NCBI RefSeq assembly: GCF_036365525.1 | Contig: NC_090414.1 | Location: 18,933,846 to 18,997,845 of the forward strand | Reading direction: 5' to 3' | Source: Heterodontus francisci | Taxonomy: Eukaryota | Length of the DNA: 64,000 bases | Shown here: positions 12,522-25,159 of the stretch, piece after piece | How positions within the stretch are numbered: the first letter of the stretch is position 1 | How the letters are laid out: each line of letters begins with the position of its first letter | The notes under the pieces: generated by a model | The model's input: only the letters and a program-made list of their open reading frames with translations | Databases searched by the model: none | Told to the model about the DNA's origin: nothing | Position numbers and translations under genes: made by a program

Positions 12522-13129
12522 CTGAAATGGTGACAAATTCATATTAAACAGGGCCTGGTATAAATGGTTAGTGAATCACAGTGGCAAATGCATGGCTGGT
12601 GACAGTGTTAAATGCTTCTTAATTGTTGGACATTTCATCAGTTTTATTTCCCAACCCAAAACTTGTAGGAATGTAACAGGTGTAGGCCATTCAGCCCCTC
12701 GAGCCTGCTCTGCCATCCTATTAGCTCATGGCCGATTTGTAATGACTCGGTTTTAAAATTCTTATCCTTGTTTTCATATCTCTTCATGGCCTCGCCCCCC
12801 TCTGTAGCCTCCTCAAGCCCCACAACCGTCCGAGATCTCTGCGCTCCTCCAATTCCGGCCTCTTGCGCATCCCCTATTTTGATCGCTCCACCATTGGCGG
12901 CCGTGCCTTCAGCTGCCTGGAGGCCCTCAGCTCTGGAATTCCCTCCCTAAACCCCTCCGCCTCTCTCTCTCTTCCTTTAAGATGCTCCTTACAACCGACC
13001 TCTTTGACCAAACTTTTGGTCACAGATCTTAAAATCTCCCCACGTGGTTCAGTGTCCAATTTTGTTTGATAACGCTCCTGTGACGCGCCTTGGGACGTTT
13101 TCCCATGTGAAAGATGCTATATAAATGCA

Positions 13130-13440
13130 AGCTGAGTGACTTGCTAGGCCATTTCAGACGGCGGTTAAGAGTCAACCACATCGCTGTGGGCTGGATCCAC
13201 ATGTAGGCCAGACCGGGTAAGGACGGCAGATTTCCTTCCCTAAAGGGCATTAGAGAATCAGATGGGTTTTTACGACAATTGACGATAGTTTCATGGCACC
13301 ATCACTGAGACTAGCTTTTAATTCCAGATTTTAAAAAAATTAATTGAATTTAAATTCTATGCTGGTGGGATTTGAACCCATGTCCCCAGCCTGAGCCTCT
13401 AGATTACTAGCCCAATGACATTACCACTACGCCACCGTCT
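13130..13440 (-). mobile_element. tRNA-derived SINE, adjacent to an L2-type tail at 12740-13130
   Basis: Minus-strand gtggcgtagtggtaatgtc..ctagtaatc..gggttcaaatcc head; similar copies at about 19980-20295 (+) and 26530-26905 (-). Confidence 0.7.
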
Positions 13441-13522
13441 CCCCTTCTAACACTCTCGTCATCACCCTTTGTTGCACACTCCTCCCATGCGTGAGAAACT
13501 AGCAAGAGCATCAGTGACTCAC

Positions 13523-13589
13523 GATCGTGTCGAGTTTTTCCTCCATAAACTCATTGACTTGCTGTGTACTGGAAAAATTCTCCTGTAGC
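13523..13589 (-). CDS. TJAP1/BEGAIN-family gene exon (LQENFSSTQQVNEFMEEKLDTI)
   Basis: cccacag acceptor, gtgagt donor, 67 bp; resembles TJAP1 LQNSYTASQRTNQELEDKLHTL. Confidence 0.85.
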
Positions 13590-13629
13590 CTGTGGGATGA
13601 AGCACAATGTATATGTCAGATAGTTCACC

Positions 13630-14470
13630 GATAGACCACACCTAGAGTTACTGTGAGCAGTTCAGGACATCCCACCTTAGGAAGGATGCATTGGCTTTGG
13701 GGTGAGGGGCGGGGAAATTCACCAGAATGATACCGGGGCTGAAAGGGTTAAATTACGAGGACGGGTTGTACAGACTGGGCTTGTATTCCCTCGAGTGCAG
13801 AAGATTAAGGGGTGATTTAATCGAGGGGTTTAAGATGATTAAAGGATTCGATCGGGTCGATAGAGAGAAACTATTTCCTCTGGTGGGTGGGGGGGGAGTC
13901 CCGAACAACGGGGCAGAACCTTAAACGTAGAGCCAGGGCCGTTCAGGGGTGATGTCAGGAAGCACTTCTTCACACAAAGGGGAGTGAAAATCGGGAACTC
14001 TCTCCCCCCAAAAAAGCTGTCGAGACTGGGGAGGGGGTGTCAATTGGAAATTTCAAAACTGAGATTGATTGATTTTTGCTGGGTGAGGGGATTAAGGCTC
14101 ACAGAACCAAGGTGGGTCGATGGAGTTAACATACAGATTGGCCGTGATCTAACTGAATGGAGCAGACTTGAGGGGCTGAATGGCCTCCTCCTGTTCCTAT
14201 ATTCCTGTAAAGAGACCCAAAGCCTATCCCCTAGTGAGTGAGTTATGATGAAAGGCTGGAGGACGTTTCCCCAGAGAGTGGGCAGAATGTGGAACTCGCT
14301 CCCACTGGGAGTGGTTGAGGTGAATAGTATCGATGCATTTAAGGGGAAGCTGGATAAACACATGAGGGAGAAAGGAATAGAGGGATATGTTGATGGGGGG
14401 AGATGAAGAGGGGGTGGGAGGAGGCACATGTGGAACTTAAACACCAGCACGGAGCGGATGGGCCGAATGA
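13630..14470 (+). mobile_element. CR1 3' fragments
   Basis: MIPGLKGLNYEDGLYRLGLYSLECRRLRGDLIE and CR1 tails. Confidence 0.85.
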
Positions 14471-16470
14471 ACAAAGAACAGTACAGCATAGGAACAGGCC
14501 ATTCGGCCCTCCAAGCCTGCGCCGATCTTGATGCCTGCCTAAACTAAAACCTTCTGCACTTCCGGGGCCCGTATCCCTCTATTCCCATCCTATTCATGTA
14601 TTTGTCAAGGTGCCTCTTAAACGTTGCTATCGTATCTGCTTCCACCACCTCCCCCGGCAGCAAGTTCCAGGCACTCACCACCCTCTGTGTAAAGAACTTG
14701 CCTCGCACATCCCCTCTAAACTTTGCCACTCTCACCTTAAACCTATGTCCCCTAGTAACTGACTCTTCCACCCTGGGAAAAAGCTTCTGACTATCCACTC
14801 TGTCCATGCCGCTTATAACTTTGTAAATCATGTCGCCCCTCCCCCTCTGTCGTTCCAGTGAAAACAATACGAGTTTATCTAACCTCTCCTCATAGCTAAT
14901 GCCCTCCAGACCAGGCAACATGCTGGTAAACCTCTTCTGTACCCTCTCCAAAGCCTCCACGTCCTTCCGGTAATGTGGCGACCAGAATTGCACACAATAT
15001 TCTAAGTGCGGCCTAACTAAGGTTCTGTACAGCTGCAACATGACTTGCCAATTTTTATACTCTATGCCCCAACCGATGAAGGCAAGCATGCCGTATGCCT
15101 TCTTGACTACCTTATCTACCTGTGTTGCCACTTTCAGTGACCTGTGGACCTGTACGCCCAGATTTCTCTGCCTGTCAATACTCCTAAGGGTTCTGCCATT
15201 TACTGTATACCTCCCACCTGCATTAGACCTTCCAAAATGCATTACCTCATATTTGTCCAGATTAAACTCCATCTGCCATTTCTCCACCCAAGTCTCCAAA
15301 TGACCTATATCCTGCTGTATCCTCTGACAATCCTCATCACTATCCGCAACTCCACCAACCTTTTTGTCGTCTGCAAACTTACTAATCAGACCAGCTACAT
15401 TTTCCTCCAAATCATTTATATATACTACAAACAGAAAAGGTCCCAGTACTGATCCCTGAGGAACAACACTAGTCACAGCCCTCCATTCAGAAAAGCACCC
15501 TTCCACTGCTACCCTCTGTCTTCTGTATCCATCTTGCCAGCTCACCTCTGATCCCGTGTGACTTCACCTTTTGTACCAGTCTGCCATGAGGGACCTTGTC
15601 AAAGGTTTTACTGAAGTCCATATAGATAACATCCACTGCCCTTCCTTCATCAATCATCTTCGTCACTTCCTCAAAAAACTCAATCAAATTAGTGAGACAC
15701 GACCTCCCCTTCACAAAACCGTGCTGCCTGTCGCTAATAGGTTCATTTGTTTTCAAATGGGAGTAAATCCTGTCCCGAAGAATCCTCTCTAATAATTTCC
15801 CTACCACTGACGTAAGGCTCACTGGCCTATAATTTCCTGGATTATCCTTGCTACCCTTCTTAAACAAAGGAACAACATTGGCTATTCTCCAGTCCTCTGG
15901 GACCTCACCTGTAGCCAATGAGGATGCAAAGATTTCTGTCAAGGCCCCAGCAATTTCTTCCCTTGCCTCCCTCAGTATTCTGGGGTAGATCCCATCAGGC
16001 CCTGGGGACCTATCTACCTTAATGCTTTGCAAGACGCCCAACACCTCCTCCTTTTTGATAACGACATGACCCAGACTATCTACACTCCCTTCCCTAGACT
16101 CATCATCCACCAAGTCCTTCTCTTTGGTGAATACTGATGCAAAGTACTCATTTAGTACCTCGCCCATTTCCTCTGGCTCCCCACATAGATTCCCTCCTCT
16201 GTCCTTGAGAGGGCCAACCCTTCCCCTGGCTACCCTCTTGTTCTTTATTTAGGTATAAAAAGCCTTGGGATTCTCCTTAATCCTGTTTGCCAATGACTTT
16301 TCATGACCCCTTTTAGCCCTCCTGACTCTTTGCTTAAGTTCCTTCCTACGTTCTTGATATTCCTCAAGGGCTTCGTCTGTTCCCTGCCTTCTAGCCCTTA
16401 CGAATGCTTCCTTTTTCTTTTTGACTAGGCTCACAATATCCCTCGTTATCCAAGTTTCCCGAAACTTGAA
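14470..16470 (-). mobile_element. 5'-truncated CR1 LINE (ORF2 reverse transcriptase, disrupted)
   Basis: ORFs 15487..16167 (NYRPVSLTS, QHGF, YMDFSKTFDKVPH) and 14544..15545 (VPQGSVLGP, KFADD); frameshift near 15520; CCGAATG on both sides. Confidence 0.95.
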
Positions 16471-17089
16471 TGGCCATTCCCGAATGGCCTATATCTGTGA
16501 TGTAAATACATTGTAAATTGGAACTTTCTAGTTTAGAAGAAGGTGATGAAGTTGTAAATGGTTATACTTGGGAAATTACTTTAAAAAAATGATGAGAGTG
16601 GGTTAGTCACATCCTGGCTGAGTCTGCCTCAGTGCAGGGAATTATCCAGAATTGCACAACACAGAACAGGCCATTCGGCCCATCTGCTCCATGCTGGTGT
16701 TTCTGATCCACACGAGCCTCCTCCCACCCCACTCTCCATCTCACCCCATCAACATCTATTCCTTTCTCCCTCATGTGTTTATCCAGCTTCCCCTTAAATG
16801 CATTGATACTATTCACCCTGTGGTAGCGAGTTCCACATTCTCCCCACTCTCCGGGTAAGGAAGTTTCTCCTGAATTTCCGATTGGATTTATTAGTGGCGG
16901 TCTTTATTGATGGCCCCCTCGTTCCGGTCTCGCCTTCTCCACGTCTACCCGATCGAACCCTTTCATAACCCTAAAGACCTCTATCAGGTCGTCTCTCAGT
17001 TCAGTCTTTCCTGATAATTGTACCCTCTTGGTTCTCTGGTGCATTCAGTGACCAGTCACATCAGGTCTGGCGAGCGGCAGGAGATTCAT

Positions 17090-18560
17090 TACAAAAGAGT
17101 GGCCAACAGTGAGGATGATATGAACCACCTGCAACAGGACATAGATAGGCTAGCAGAATGGGCAGAACATTGGCAGGTGGAATTTAATACAGACAAGTGT
17201 GGGAGAAGTTTGCTGAGCTTTTGCTTCTATAACTGTTATTTGAGTAAGTAGATTAATATAATCCTAGTGAATACGTATACATTAATTCTTTCATATATGA
17301 GTTGAAAGTATAGCTACATATTGGTACAAAATGGAGTATTTGATCCGAGGCATTGTGGGACAGATTAGTTAGTTCACAGTTGGAGCTTGGTACAGCATGG
17401 CACAGATACCAAAAGGGGGCCCCACTTATCAGTGTAACTGCAGACTGCGCGAAACCCTCAGGAATGCAGGCCCAATTAAAAGTGACAGTTGGAAGACTCC
17501 AGGATAATTGATAGGGCCTGAGCTCATCAATTGGTGATCAGGGGCTTGCATTGGCTGATCACGTTGCCACATGATGCCTAATGAGTAATCTAATTGGTAC
17601 TATGTGTAATGTATGTAATCAATAACCGTTCTGATTGGATTGTGTCCAGCCGGGAATGGGCTGAGTAACTGTATATCCGTTGTGGATTTCCTTTGTTCTG
17701 TGGAGTGGCACTGGACCGCTTTTAGGTAAGGTGTGCCCCCCCATGATATCATGAATAAAGTGTTTATTCTCAAAGTCTGCGTCCGGAGAATTTGTTGAAT
17801 AATTGGGCATAATCTGGATTTTTCTCCAACAACAAGCGTGTGCTGATGCATTTTGGCAGAAGGGATAGGGAGAGGCAATATCAACTCAATGGCACAGTTC
17901 TAAAGAGTGTGCAGGAACAGAGGGACCTGGGAGTGCATGTGCATCGATCTTTGAAGGTGGCAGGACATATTGAGAGAGTGGTTAATGAAGCAGATGGGAT
18001 CTTGGGCTCCATAAATAGAGGTATTGAGTACAAAAGCAGGGAGGTTATGCTGAACCTTTATAAAGCTCTGGTTAGTTCTGGTCACTACACTACAGGAAGG
18101 ATGTGAGGGTCCTTGAGAGGGTGCAGAGGAGATTTACCAGAATGGTTCCAGGAATGAGGGATTTTACTTACAAGGTTAGGTTGGAAAAACTCGGGTTGTT
18201 CTCCTTAGAGCAAAGGAGATTGAGGGGAGATTTGGGTACATAGTTATGACGGGCTTGGATAAGATAGACAATGTTTCCTTTAACTACATGGATTAGGGGA
18301 CACAGGTTGAAAGATTTGGGCAAGAGATGCAGGGGGGGAATGTGAGGTAGGACTTTTTTTACACAGTGGGTGGTAATGACCTGGAACTCGCTGCCTACGA
18401 GGGCGGTGGAAGTGGAGACAATGAATGATTTCAAAAGGAAATTGGATGGGTACTTGAAACAAATAAACATTCAGAGCTACGGGGATCGAGTGAATAACTC
18501 AGTGGAGAGCTGGCTGGGACCCGATGGGCTGAATGGCCTCCTTCTGCGCCATAAATGACT
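17090..18560 (+). mobile_element. CR1 LINE fragment interrupted by a probable solo LTR
   Basis: LQQDIDRLAEWAEHWQVEFNTDK continues after 17836 as MHFGRR...LYKALV. Confidence 0.88.
17198..17831 (+). mobile_element. Probable solo LTR (634 bp)
   Basis: TG...CA ends (TGTGGGAGAA / TTCTCCAACA, 9 of 10 inverted), 5-bp TSD ACAAG (17193-17197, 17832-17836), AATAAA near 17755. Confidence 0.75.
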
Positions 18561-18707
18561 TCATGACTCATAAAACTGGATCCATTTATCTCCTGCACTG
18601 CCTGTACCAGCTGAGAGTGATTCCACTGTGGATAATGGGTGGGAGTATTTATGTAAGACACAAGTGCCTTCAGGGACAAATCTGGCTCGCTTTGGTATGT
18701 CACTTAC

Positions 18708-18869
18708 CTCCAGAACTTCTCCCTCAGGTGCCCCAGGTCCGCCCGCGCCCGCTGTAGCTCACTCTCCAGGCACCCGAGGCTGGCTTTGAAGTCCGAGTCC
18801 ATTTTCGCCATTCTGTAGGTGGCACGCGCCAGGCATCTCTGCAGATCCTCGTTCTCCTCCTGTAAAAAC
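18708..18869 (-). CDS. TJAP1/BEGAIN-family gene, coiled-coil exon (FLQEENEDLQRCLARATYRMAKMDSDFKASLGCLESELQRARADLGHLREKFWR)
   Basis: AG/GT bounded, 162 bp, phases match neighbours; resembles the TJAP1/BEGAIN coiled coil (EENEELRRRLASAT...CLELEL...KF). Confidence 0.88.
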
Positions 18870-19786
18870 CTTGACGGACAAGGCAGGCCGATGTTAGCAT
18901 ACGTCTCACTCTAACAGCTGCCAGCCATCTGCTTATGGGGTTGGGGCATGTAGTGGGCGGTGGGGGCCGGGGGGGGGTGGGGGGGGTGGGAGGTCAATGC
19001 GGAAATTACATCCGTTCCTTTTCCCGTGTCAATTTACACCTAAATTTCCTGCCACTTTCATTGGCGTAAACGATCAGGCCGCAAGGCAAGTGTGAACCTC
19101 ACGCAGCACATTCCCTCTTTAACCCCGAAAATTAAAGTCAAGGTCATCCCAGCATCATTCACACGCATGAAACATAGCGTGCAATCGTGGAAGAATTTTG
19201 GCTCTTAATGTGATCCAAATTAATGCCACAGGATTACCGTCAAAAGGTACGAAAAATACAAGGGCAGGTGTCTGTGAGGATTGATAAATTAAAAAGATAG
19301 TCACTAATAAATCCAATCGGGAATTCAGGAGAAACTTCTTTCCCCAGAGAGTGGGGAGAATGTGGGACTCGCTCCCACTGGGAGCGGTCGAGGTGAATAG
19401 TATCGATGTATTTAAGGGGAAGCTGGATAAACACATGAGGGAGAGAGGAATAGAAGGGGATGTTGATGGGATGAGATGAAGAGGGGGTGGGAGGAGGCTC
19501 GTAAACACCAGCACGGAGCAGTTGGGCCGAATGGCCTGTCTCTGTACTGCAGACTCAATGTAATTCCGAGTAATGAATATGATCCCCGATAGAGAGTGGA
19601 GAAGGTCAGTCAATGTGCTTTTATGCAGAAAGGATTGGGATTATAATGAGAATGCAGGTACGGAAGAGTTGAAATTAATGTGACAGCCTGTTAATGGCTT
19701 TTCCCTGTTCCTAGAACTTTCATTTCAAGTCTAAAAGTATGTGGTGGTTACAGAGGCTAAGGGGCTTAAAGAGAGCAAACACTTAC

Positions 19787-19815
19787 TTTAGGTGATGAGT
19801 GTCTGTCAGCAGCTC
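19787..19815 (-). CDS. TJAP1/BEGAIN-family gene, 29-bp exon (ELLTDTHHLK)
   Basis: ctctctttag acceptor and gtaagt donor; with the next exon reads ELLTDTHHLKFLQEENEDL, resembling TJAP1 EPLTDAERMKLLQEENEEL as recalled. Confidence 0.8.
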
Positions 19816-21407
19816 CTAAAGAGAGACAGAAGAACTGATTATTGTCTACATCTTGCCAACCTTTGAACCTTTATGGTAATGAACTTATTCCACTGATTAA
19901 ACCTCTGCTAACTCAAGCCTTTTTTTTTTGGATTGAAAGTAAACGTCAGTCTTTTAGAGCTTGGGAGGTGGGAGGAAGTGCTGTAGTGGTAATGTCACTA
20001 GACTGGTAGCCCAGGCTAATGTTCTGGGGACATGCGTTCGAATCCCACCACAGCAGACCGTGAAGTTTGAATTCAATTCATAAATCTGGAATTTAAAAAG
20101 CTAGTCTAGTGGTGACCATGAAACCATTCCCTTTAGGGAAGGAAATCTGCTGTCCTTACCCGGTCTGACCTACATGTGACTCCAGACCCACAGCAATGCG
20201 GTTGACTCTTACATGCCCTCTGAAATGGCCACTCAGTTGATGGGCAATAAATACTAACCTAGCCAGTGATGCCCACATCCCATGAACAAATGAAAAAAAA
20301 AGTACACTTGGAAGGTAGGAAATGCGACAGTCAATTTGCGCACAGCAAGATCCCACATACAGCAGTGTGATAATGACCGGGAAATTTTTTTAAAAAGTGA
20401 TGTTAGTTGCGGGATAAATACTGGCCAGGGCACGAGGGAGAATTTACCTGCTCTTCTACTCTCACCCCTCCCTATCTCTGTAACTTCCTCCAGTCCTACA
20501 CCCTCCAGGATCTCTGCACTCCTCTAATTCTGGCCTCTTGAACACCCCCCCCATTTTAATCAATCCACCAATGGTGGCCGCGCCTTCAGTTGCCTGGACC
20601 CCAAGCACTAGAATACCCTCCCTACACCTCTCCGCCTCGCCTTCCTCCTTTAAGATGCTCCTTAAAACCTACCTCTTTGACCGAGCTTTCGGTCATCTCT
20701 CCTAGTATTTTCATTTGTGACTCGGTGTCATACTTTGTTCTCTAATGCTTCTGTAAAGTGCCTTGGGATGTTTTGTTACATTAAAGGTGCTCTATAAATA
20801 TAAGTTGTTATCAAAAAGCACCGGGGGGGGGGGGGTGCGGGGGGGGTCTTATATGCCTACCTGAGAAGGCAGATGGGCCTCAGTTTAATGCCTCATCTGA
20901 ACGACCGCACCGCCAACAGTGCAGCACTCCCTCAGTACTGGCACTGGGAGTGTCCGCCTGGATTTTGTGCTCAGGCCTCCGGAGCAGGCCTCAAACGTAC
21001 AACCTTCAAACTCAGAGGCAAAAGGGTTACCCACTGAGGCAGGTACATACATCTCCCTCCACACTGCTATGCACCCCTGTCCAAGCAAATACATCTCGGA
21101 AATGGGTTGGGGGGGGGGGGGGGGTGCAGACGAACCAGGGTACCCATTGCCTGACCGCTCTCCACTCACTCGGTGCTGGATATCTGATTGTCCTCCTGCC
21201 CACACTACCCATGACGAATGCCTGTTTGCACGAGGTGCAGCAAGGACCCAAGCAACTATAATTGGGTCTTGAGCAGCGCAGGCCATTGCAGAACCTTTCA
21301 ACAACTTGATATTTGCAAAAACCAAAGTACTTAATTGGCTGCAAAGCACTTTGGGGCGTCCTGAGATCATGAAAGGTGCTATATAAATGCAAGTCTTTTC
21401 TTTTTAC

Positions 21408-22907
21408 CTTGGCTCCGCAGCCGTTGGTGCCACCCCCGTCTCTGCCCGTGGCCTGGCGCTGACCCTCCGTGGCCCAGGTCTCCTCAGGGCTAGAGCTGGA
21501 GTCGGTGTATTTGCAAGCGATGGGCATTCCCAGCTGCGCACTGCGAGCTGGGCACTTCTCAAGGCTGGAGGCCGAATCCGTGAGCCTGCTACCGCCTTCC
21601 TTGTAATGGTAACTGGCAGGCGGGGCGCTCTGTTGGGGCAGCGCTGGATCCTGCTCAAGGGGCAAAGTGATGCCTGCGGGCGCGCTGGTACTCGGTTTGG
21701 AGCGGCACCTGGCAGCTGACGGGTTCAGCCTCGTCCGGGCTGGGCTCTGCTCGGAGCTCCTATTGCCACCCATGTCCCTCCAGCCTTCGTCTTTTGGTTG
21801 GTGTTCGGAGCTACGTTGCTGGCTTGCAATTGAGTCTGTGACCCTATGATTTCCGGGCTGCCTGCTGGATGGCGAGCAGACATCAGGGCTGATGCTTTGT
21901 CTGCCACTTTCTCTCCTGTCTGCCCCATGTCGCACTGGTATCTCCTCTTGCCAGGCGTTGTTGTCCTGTAGAGTACCAGCCTTGATATTATGATTCTTGT
22001 TGGTGTTCCCGTCCCCTCTCACTCCCCGTCCTGATCCCAGACCCTGTGGTTTCACGCTTAAGAAATTGAGATTCGCCGGGCTTAATACTTGCATTGTGAT
22101 TTCGTCCAGGAACTCAGAAAACTTCACTTTCTGCTTCGTGAGCCTCTCTTTGGCCGCCGTTTGCTCCATGTTGGTCCTCTGGTTGTCTTTATGCTTCCTT
22201 GCATTGCTCGAGGCCCCGAGAGCAGCTAGCCCCTTTGCAGTGGGGTCAGGAGCTGTGCTGGGGCCATGGAGGAGCTTTAATGCAATGACTTCCATAGACT
22301 TCGCCCTCTGTAGGTTGTCAGTTCTCAACCCGTTCTTTATGGTCCCTCGCTTGGGCTTGTGAGCCGAACAATCAAGCCGTCGGGGGGTTGGGATTTCTGC
22401 ACTTTGGTTCAACCCGCCCGGTTTGTATAATGTAACACCTTCAAGGCCCTTCGCCTCCTCCTGGAATAATCTGTCTTCACTCTTGCTTCTGAGCTTCGAA
22501 TAGGCTAGACGATCCGAGCCCATATTGCTCTCTCGAAATGTCCGCACATCCACGCATGACTGAGAGTGTTCCCTTGTGCCCAGTTGTGTCTGGACTGTGA
22601 AGGAGTCCTCCTCAACGCTGCCTTCCGAAGACAAGGATGTAGAAGAAAGCGAAGAATACAAGAGCGTGTAATTCCTCCCTTCCATCCCGCCCTGCCCCCT
22701 CAGGTCCACCTTGTTGCTTGCCCGACCTCTCTCCGATCTCCGCTGACGAACTGGGCTGAAAAATCTCTCCATCACTTTTCGCTGACCAGCTGGTACCTCC
22801 ATCCCATCGGGACTGTCCCCAGCGGAGTGGCGATTGCTCTCTTGCCTGTTATAAAACTCTCCCTCAATCACATCCCAAATGGATCCCTCTAAGGCAGCCC
22901 ATCGCAT
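21408..22907 (-). CDS. TJAP1/BEGAIN-family gene, first coding exon (500 codons, mostly low-complexity)
   Basis: Lies within the long ORF 21027..23045. Acceptor-like tttcag at 22931, ATG (MRWAALEGSIWDVIE) at 22907, phase-0 donor AAG|gtaaaa at 21408 joining in frame to the 29-bp exon. The start codon is inferred. Confidence 0.7.
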
Positions 22908-24429
22908 TAGACTATATATATATAGTGCTCCTGAAATGACACAGAATAACCCTTCCTCTCTCTTTGTCTCTCCGCAGGTAAAGCCAACAGGCGATTTCAG
23001 ATCATTAAAGTGACAATGGATTTGTACAGTGGAACCAGTTGCCAATACATATCACTGTGAAATAAGCGTCCAGTCATGCGTGGGATTTCAACAATTCAGA
23101 ATTACTGACTATGACTGAGACTAGGTAGTTTAACCAGGCAAATGTGTAGTATACGAACATCATTAAGCAATTTCCTCTACTGGCCTTGACAGCCATTGTG
23201 TGACCAGCCCTTGCTATTTCAACCATAAATCCTGGGATGGGGAAGCATGGCTGGTAACCTTCGAAGGGGCTCTTCCAGCAACTGGTCTAACCCGTGTCCA
23301 AACGTCTCCAAAATGAGCGAAAATCCTTTCGGCCATCTTCTCTTTGGCAAGCAAGTCATGGCGACCAAGCGGCTCGATCGTTTAACTCATCTTTGAAAGT
23401 TTATTTTTGCCATCGGTTTCGATTGCTAAACTAAAGGTTAAAAAGTAGGATGATGAGGTCTTGAGACCTATAAAGCACTAATAAACAGCTGCACAACACC
23501 TGAACCACCTTAAAGTGGTTGTTTTTGACAATTAGCAAATCTCCTGTGTCACTGCTCATCGTAAGTCATTGCACTTTTTTTTTAAAAACAGCAATTTACA
23601 TTTATAGAGCACCATTAACAGGAGAGTTCATCGAATGGAATTTAACGCCCAGCCACTTGACGAGATATTGGAGCAGATGACCAAAAGCTTAGGCAAAGAA
23701 ATAGGTTTTAGGCATTGGGAAGAAGGAGAGGGAGAGGTTTAGGGAGGGTCTTCCAGGGCTTAGGCCCCCAGGCAGCTGAAGGCTCGGCTGCCAATGGTGG
23801 AGTGATGAAAATCGGGGGATGTGCAAGAGGCCGGAATTAGAGGAGAGCAGAGATCTCGGAGGGTTGTAGGGCTGGAGGAGGAGGTTACAGAGATAGGGAG
23901 GGGACGAGGCCATGGCGAGATTTGAAAACAAGGATGAGAATTATTAGACTGAGGTTAAGCTACTGCCAACAGAATTAATGATGGCAGTTGGAAATGCAGA
24001 GAAGAAGGGCCTGGGAAGTTAGATCGGGTTTGCTGGTGAGGAATTGGGGGCTTTGGAGGTAGAGGGGTGGGTAGAGAATCAGGGAACCAGAGACGGGAAG
24101 GTGAACCAGACGGGAACCAGAGATGTGCCATCAGGTTTTGAATTGGGAACACAAGGTAAAATTATTTTTGAAGATCCCATCAGCAGATCAGAACTAAACT
24201 GTGTCAGGAGCGAAGCAATCTGTTGGGACTGGCTTGCTATCCTTTGCGCATCCTAGTGCTTGAGGGAAATTGGAGGAAGGCAGCAGAAGAGATCGGAACT
24301 GGGTCTACACAAGTTATGGAAAGGGTAAATATGTGAGGAGAAATGGGTTGATGTTACAAATCCGTCCTTCCTCAGGCATCTACTCATTTTCCCTGGTGTC
24401 AGTCGCTCCCTTAAGCATTTTTTGAGTCA

Positions 24430-25150
24430 TCTTTCTTTTGGGCCTCCTTATCTCGAGAGACAATGGATACGCGCCTGGAGGTGGTCAGTGGTTTGTGAAG
24501 CAGCGCCTGGAGTGGCTATAAAGGCCAATTCTGGAGTGACAGGCTCTTCCACAGGTGCTGCAGAGAAATTTGTTTGTTGGGGCTGTTGCACAGTTGGCTC
24601 TCCCCTTGCGCCTCTGTCTTTTTTCCTGCCAACTACTAAGTCTCTTCGACTCGCCACAATTTAGCCCTGTCTTTATGGCTGCCCGCCAGCTCTGGCGAAT
24701 GCTGGCAACTGACTCCCACGACTTGTGATCAATGTCACACGATTTCATGTCGCGTTTGCAGACGTCTTTATAACGGAGACATGGACGGCCGGTGGGTCTG
24801 ATACCAGTGGCGAGCTCGCTGTACAATGTGTCTTTGGGGATCCTGCCATCTTCCATGCGGCTCACATGGCCAAGCCATCTCAAGCGCCGCTGACTCAGTA
24901 GTGTGTATAAGCTGGGGATGTTGGCCGCTTCAAGGACTTCTGTGTTGGAGATATAGTCCTGCCACCTGATGCCAAGTATTCTCCGAAGGCAGCGAAGATG
25001 GAATGAATTGAGACGTCGCTCTTGGCTGGCATACGTTGTCCAGGCCTCGCTGCCGTAGAGCAAGGTACTGAGGACACAGGCCTGATACACTCGGACTTTT
25101 GTGTTCCGTGTCAGTGCGCCATTTTCCCACACTCTCTTGGCCAGTCTGAG
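24430..25150 (-). mobile_element. 5'-truncated RTE-clade LINE with open ORF end and 3' UTR
   Basis: VYQACVLSTLLYGSEAW, RRLRWLGHVSRMEDGRIPK, C-terminal CSTCGRACHSRIGLYSH; ends in an aaagaaaga tail. Confidence 0.93.
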
Positions 25151-25159
25151 TACACCAGC

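Noticed and set aside
21027-21407. C-terminal part of the 672-aa ORF as coding sequence
   Set aside because: It lies beyond the splice donor at 21408 and runs into SINE-derived sequence.
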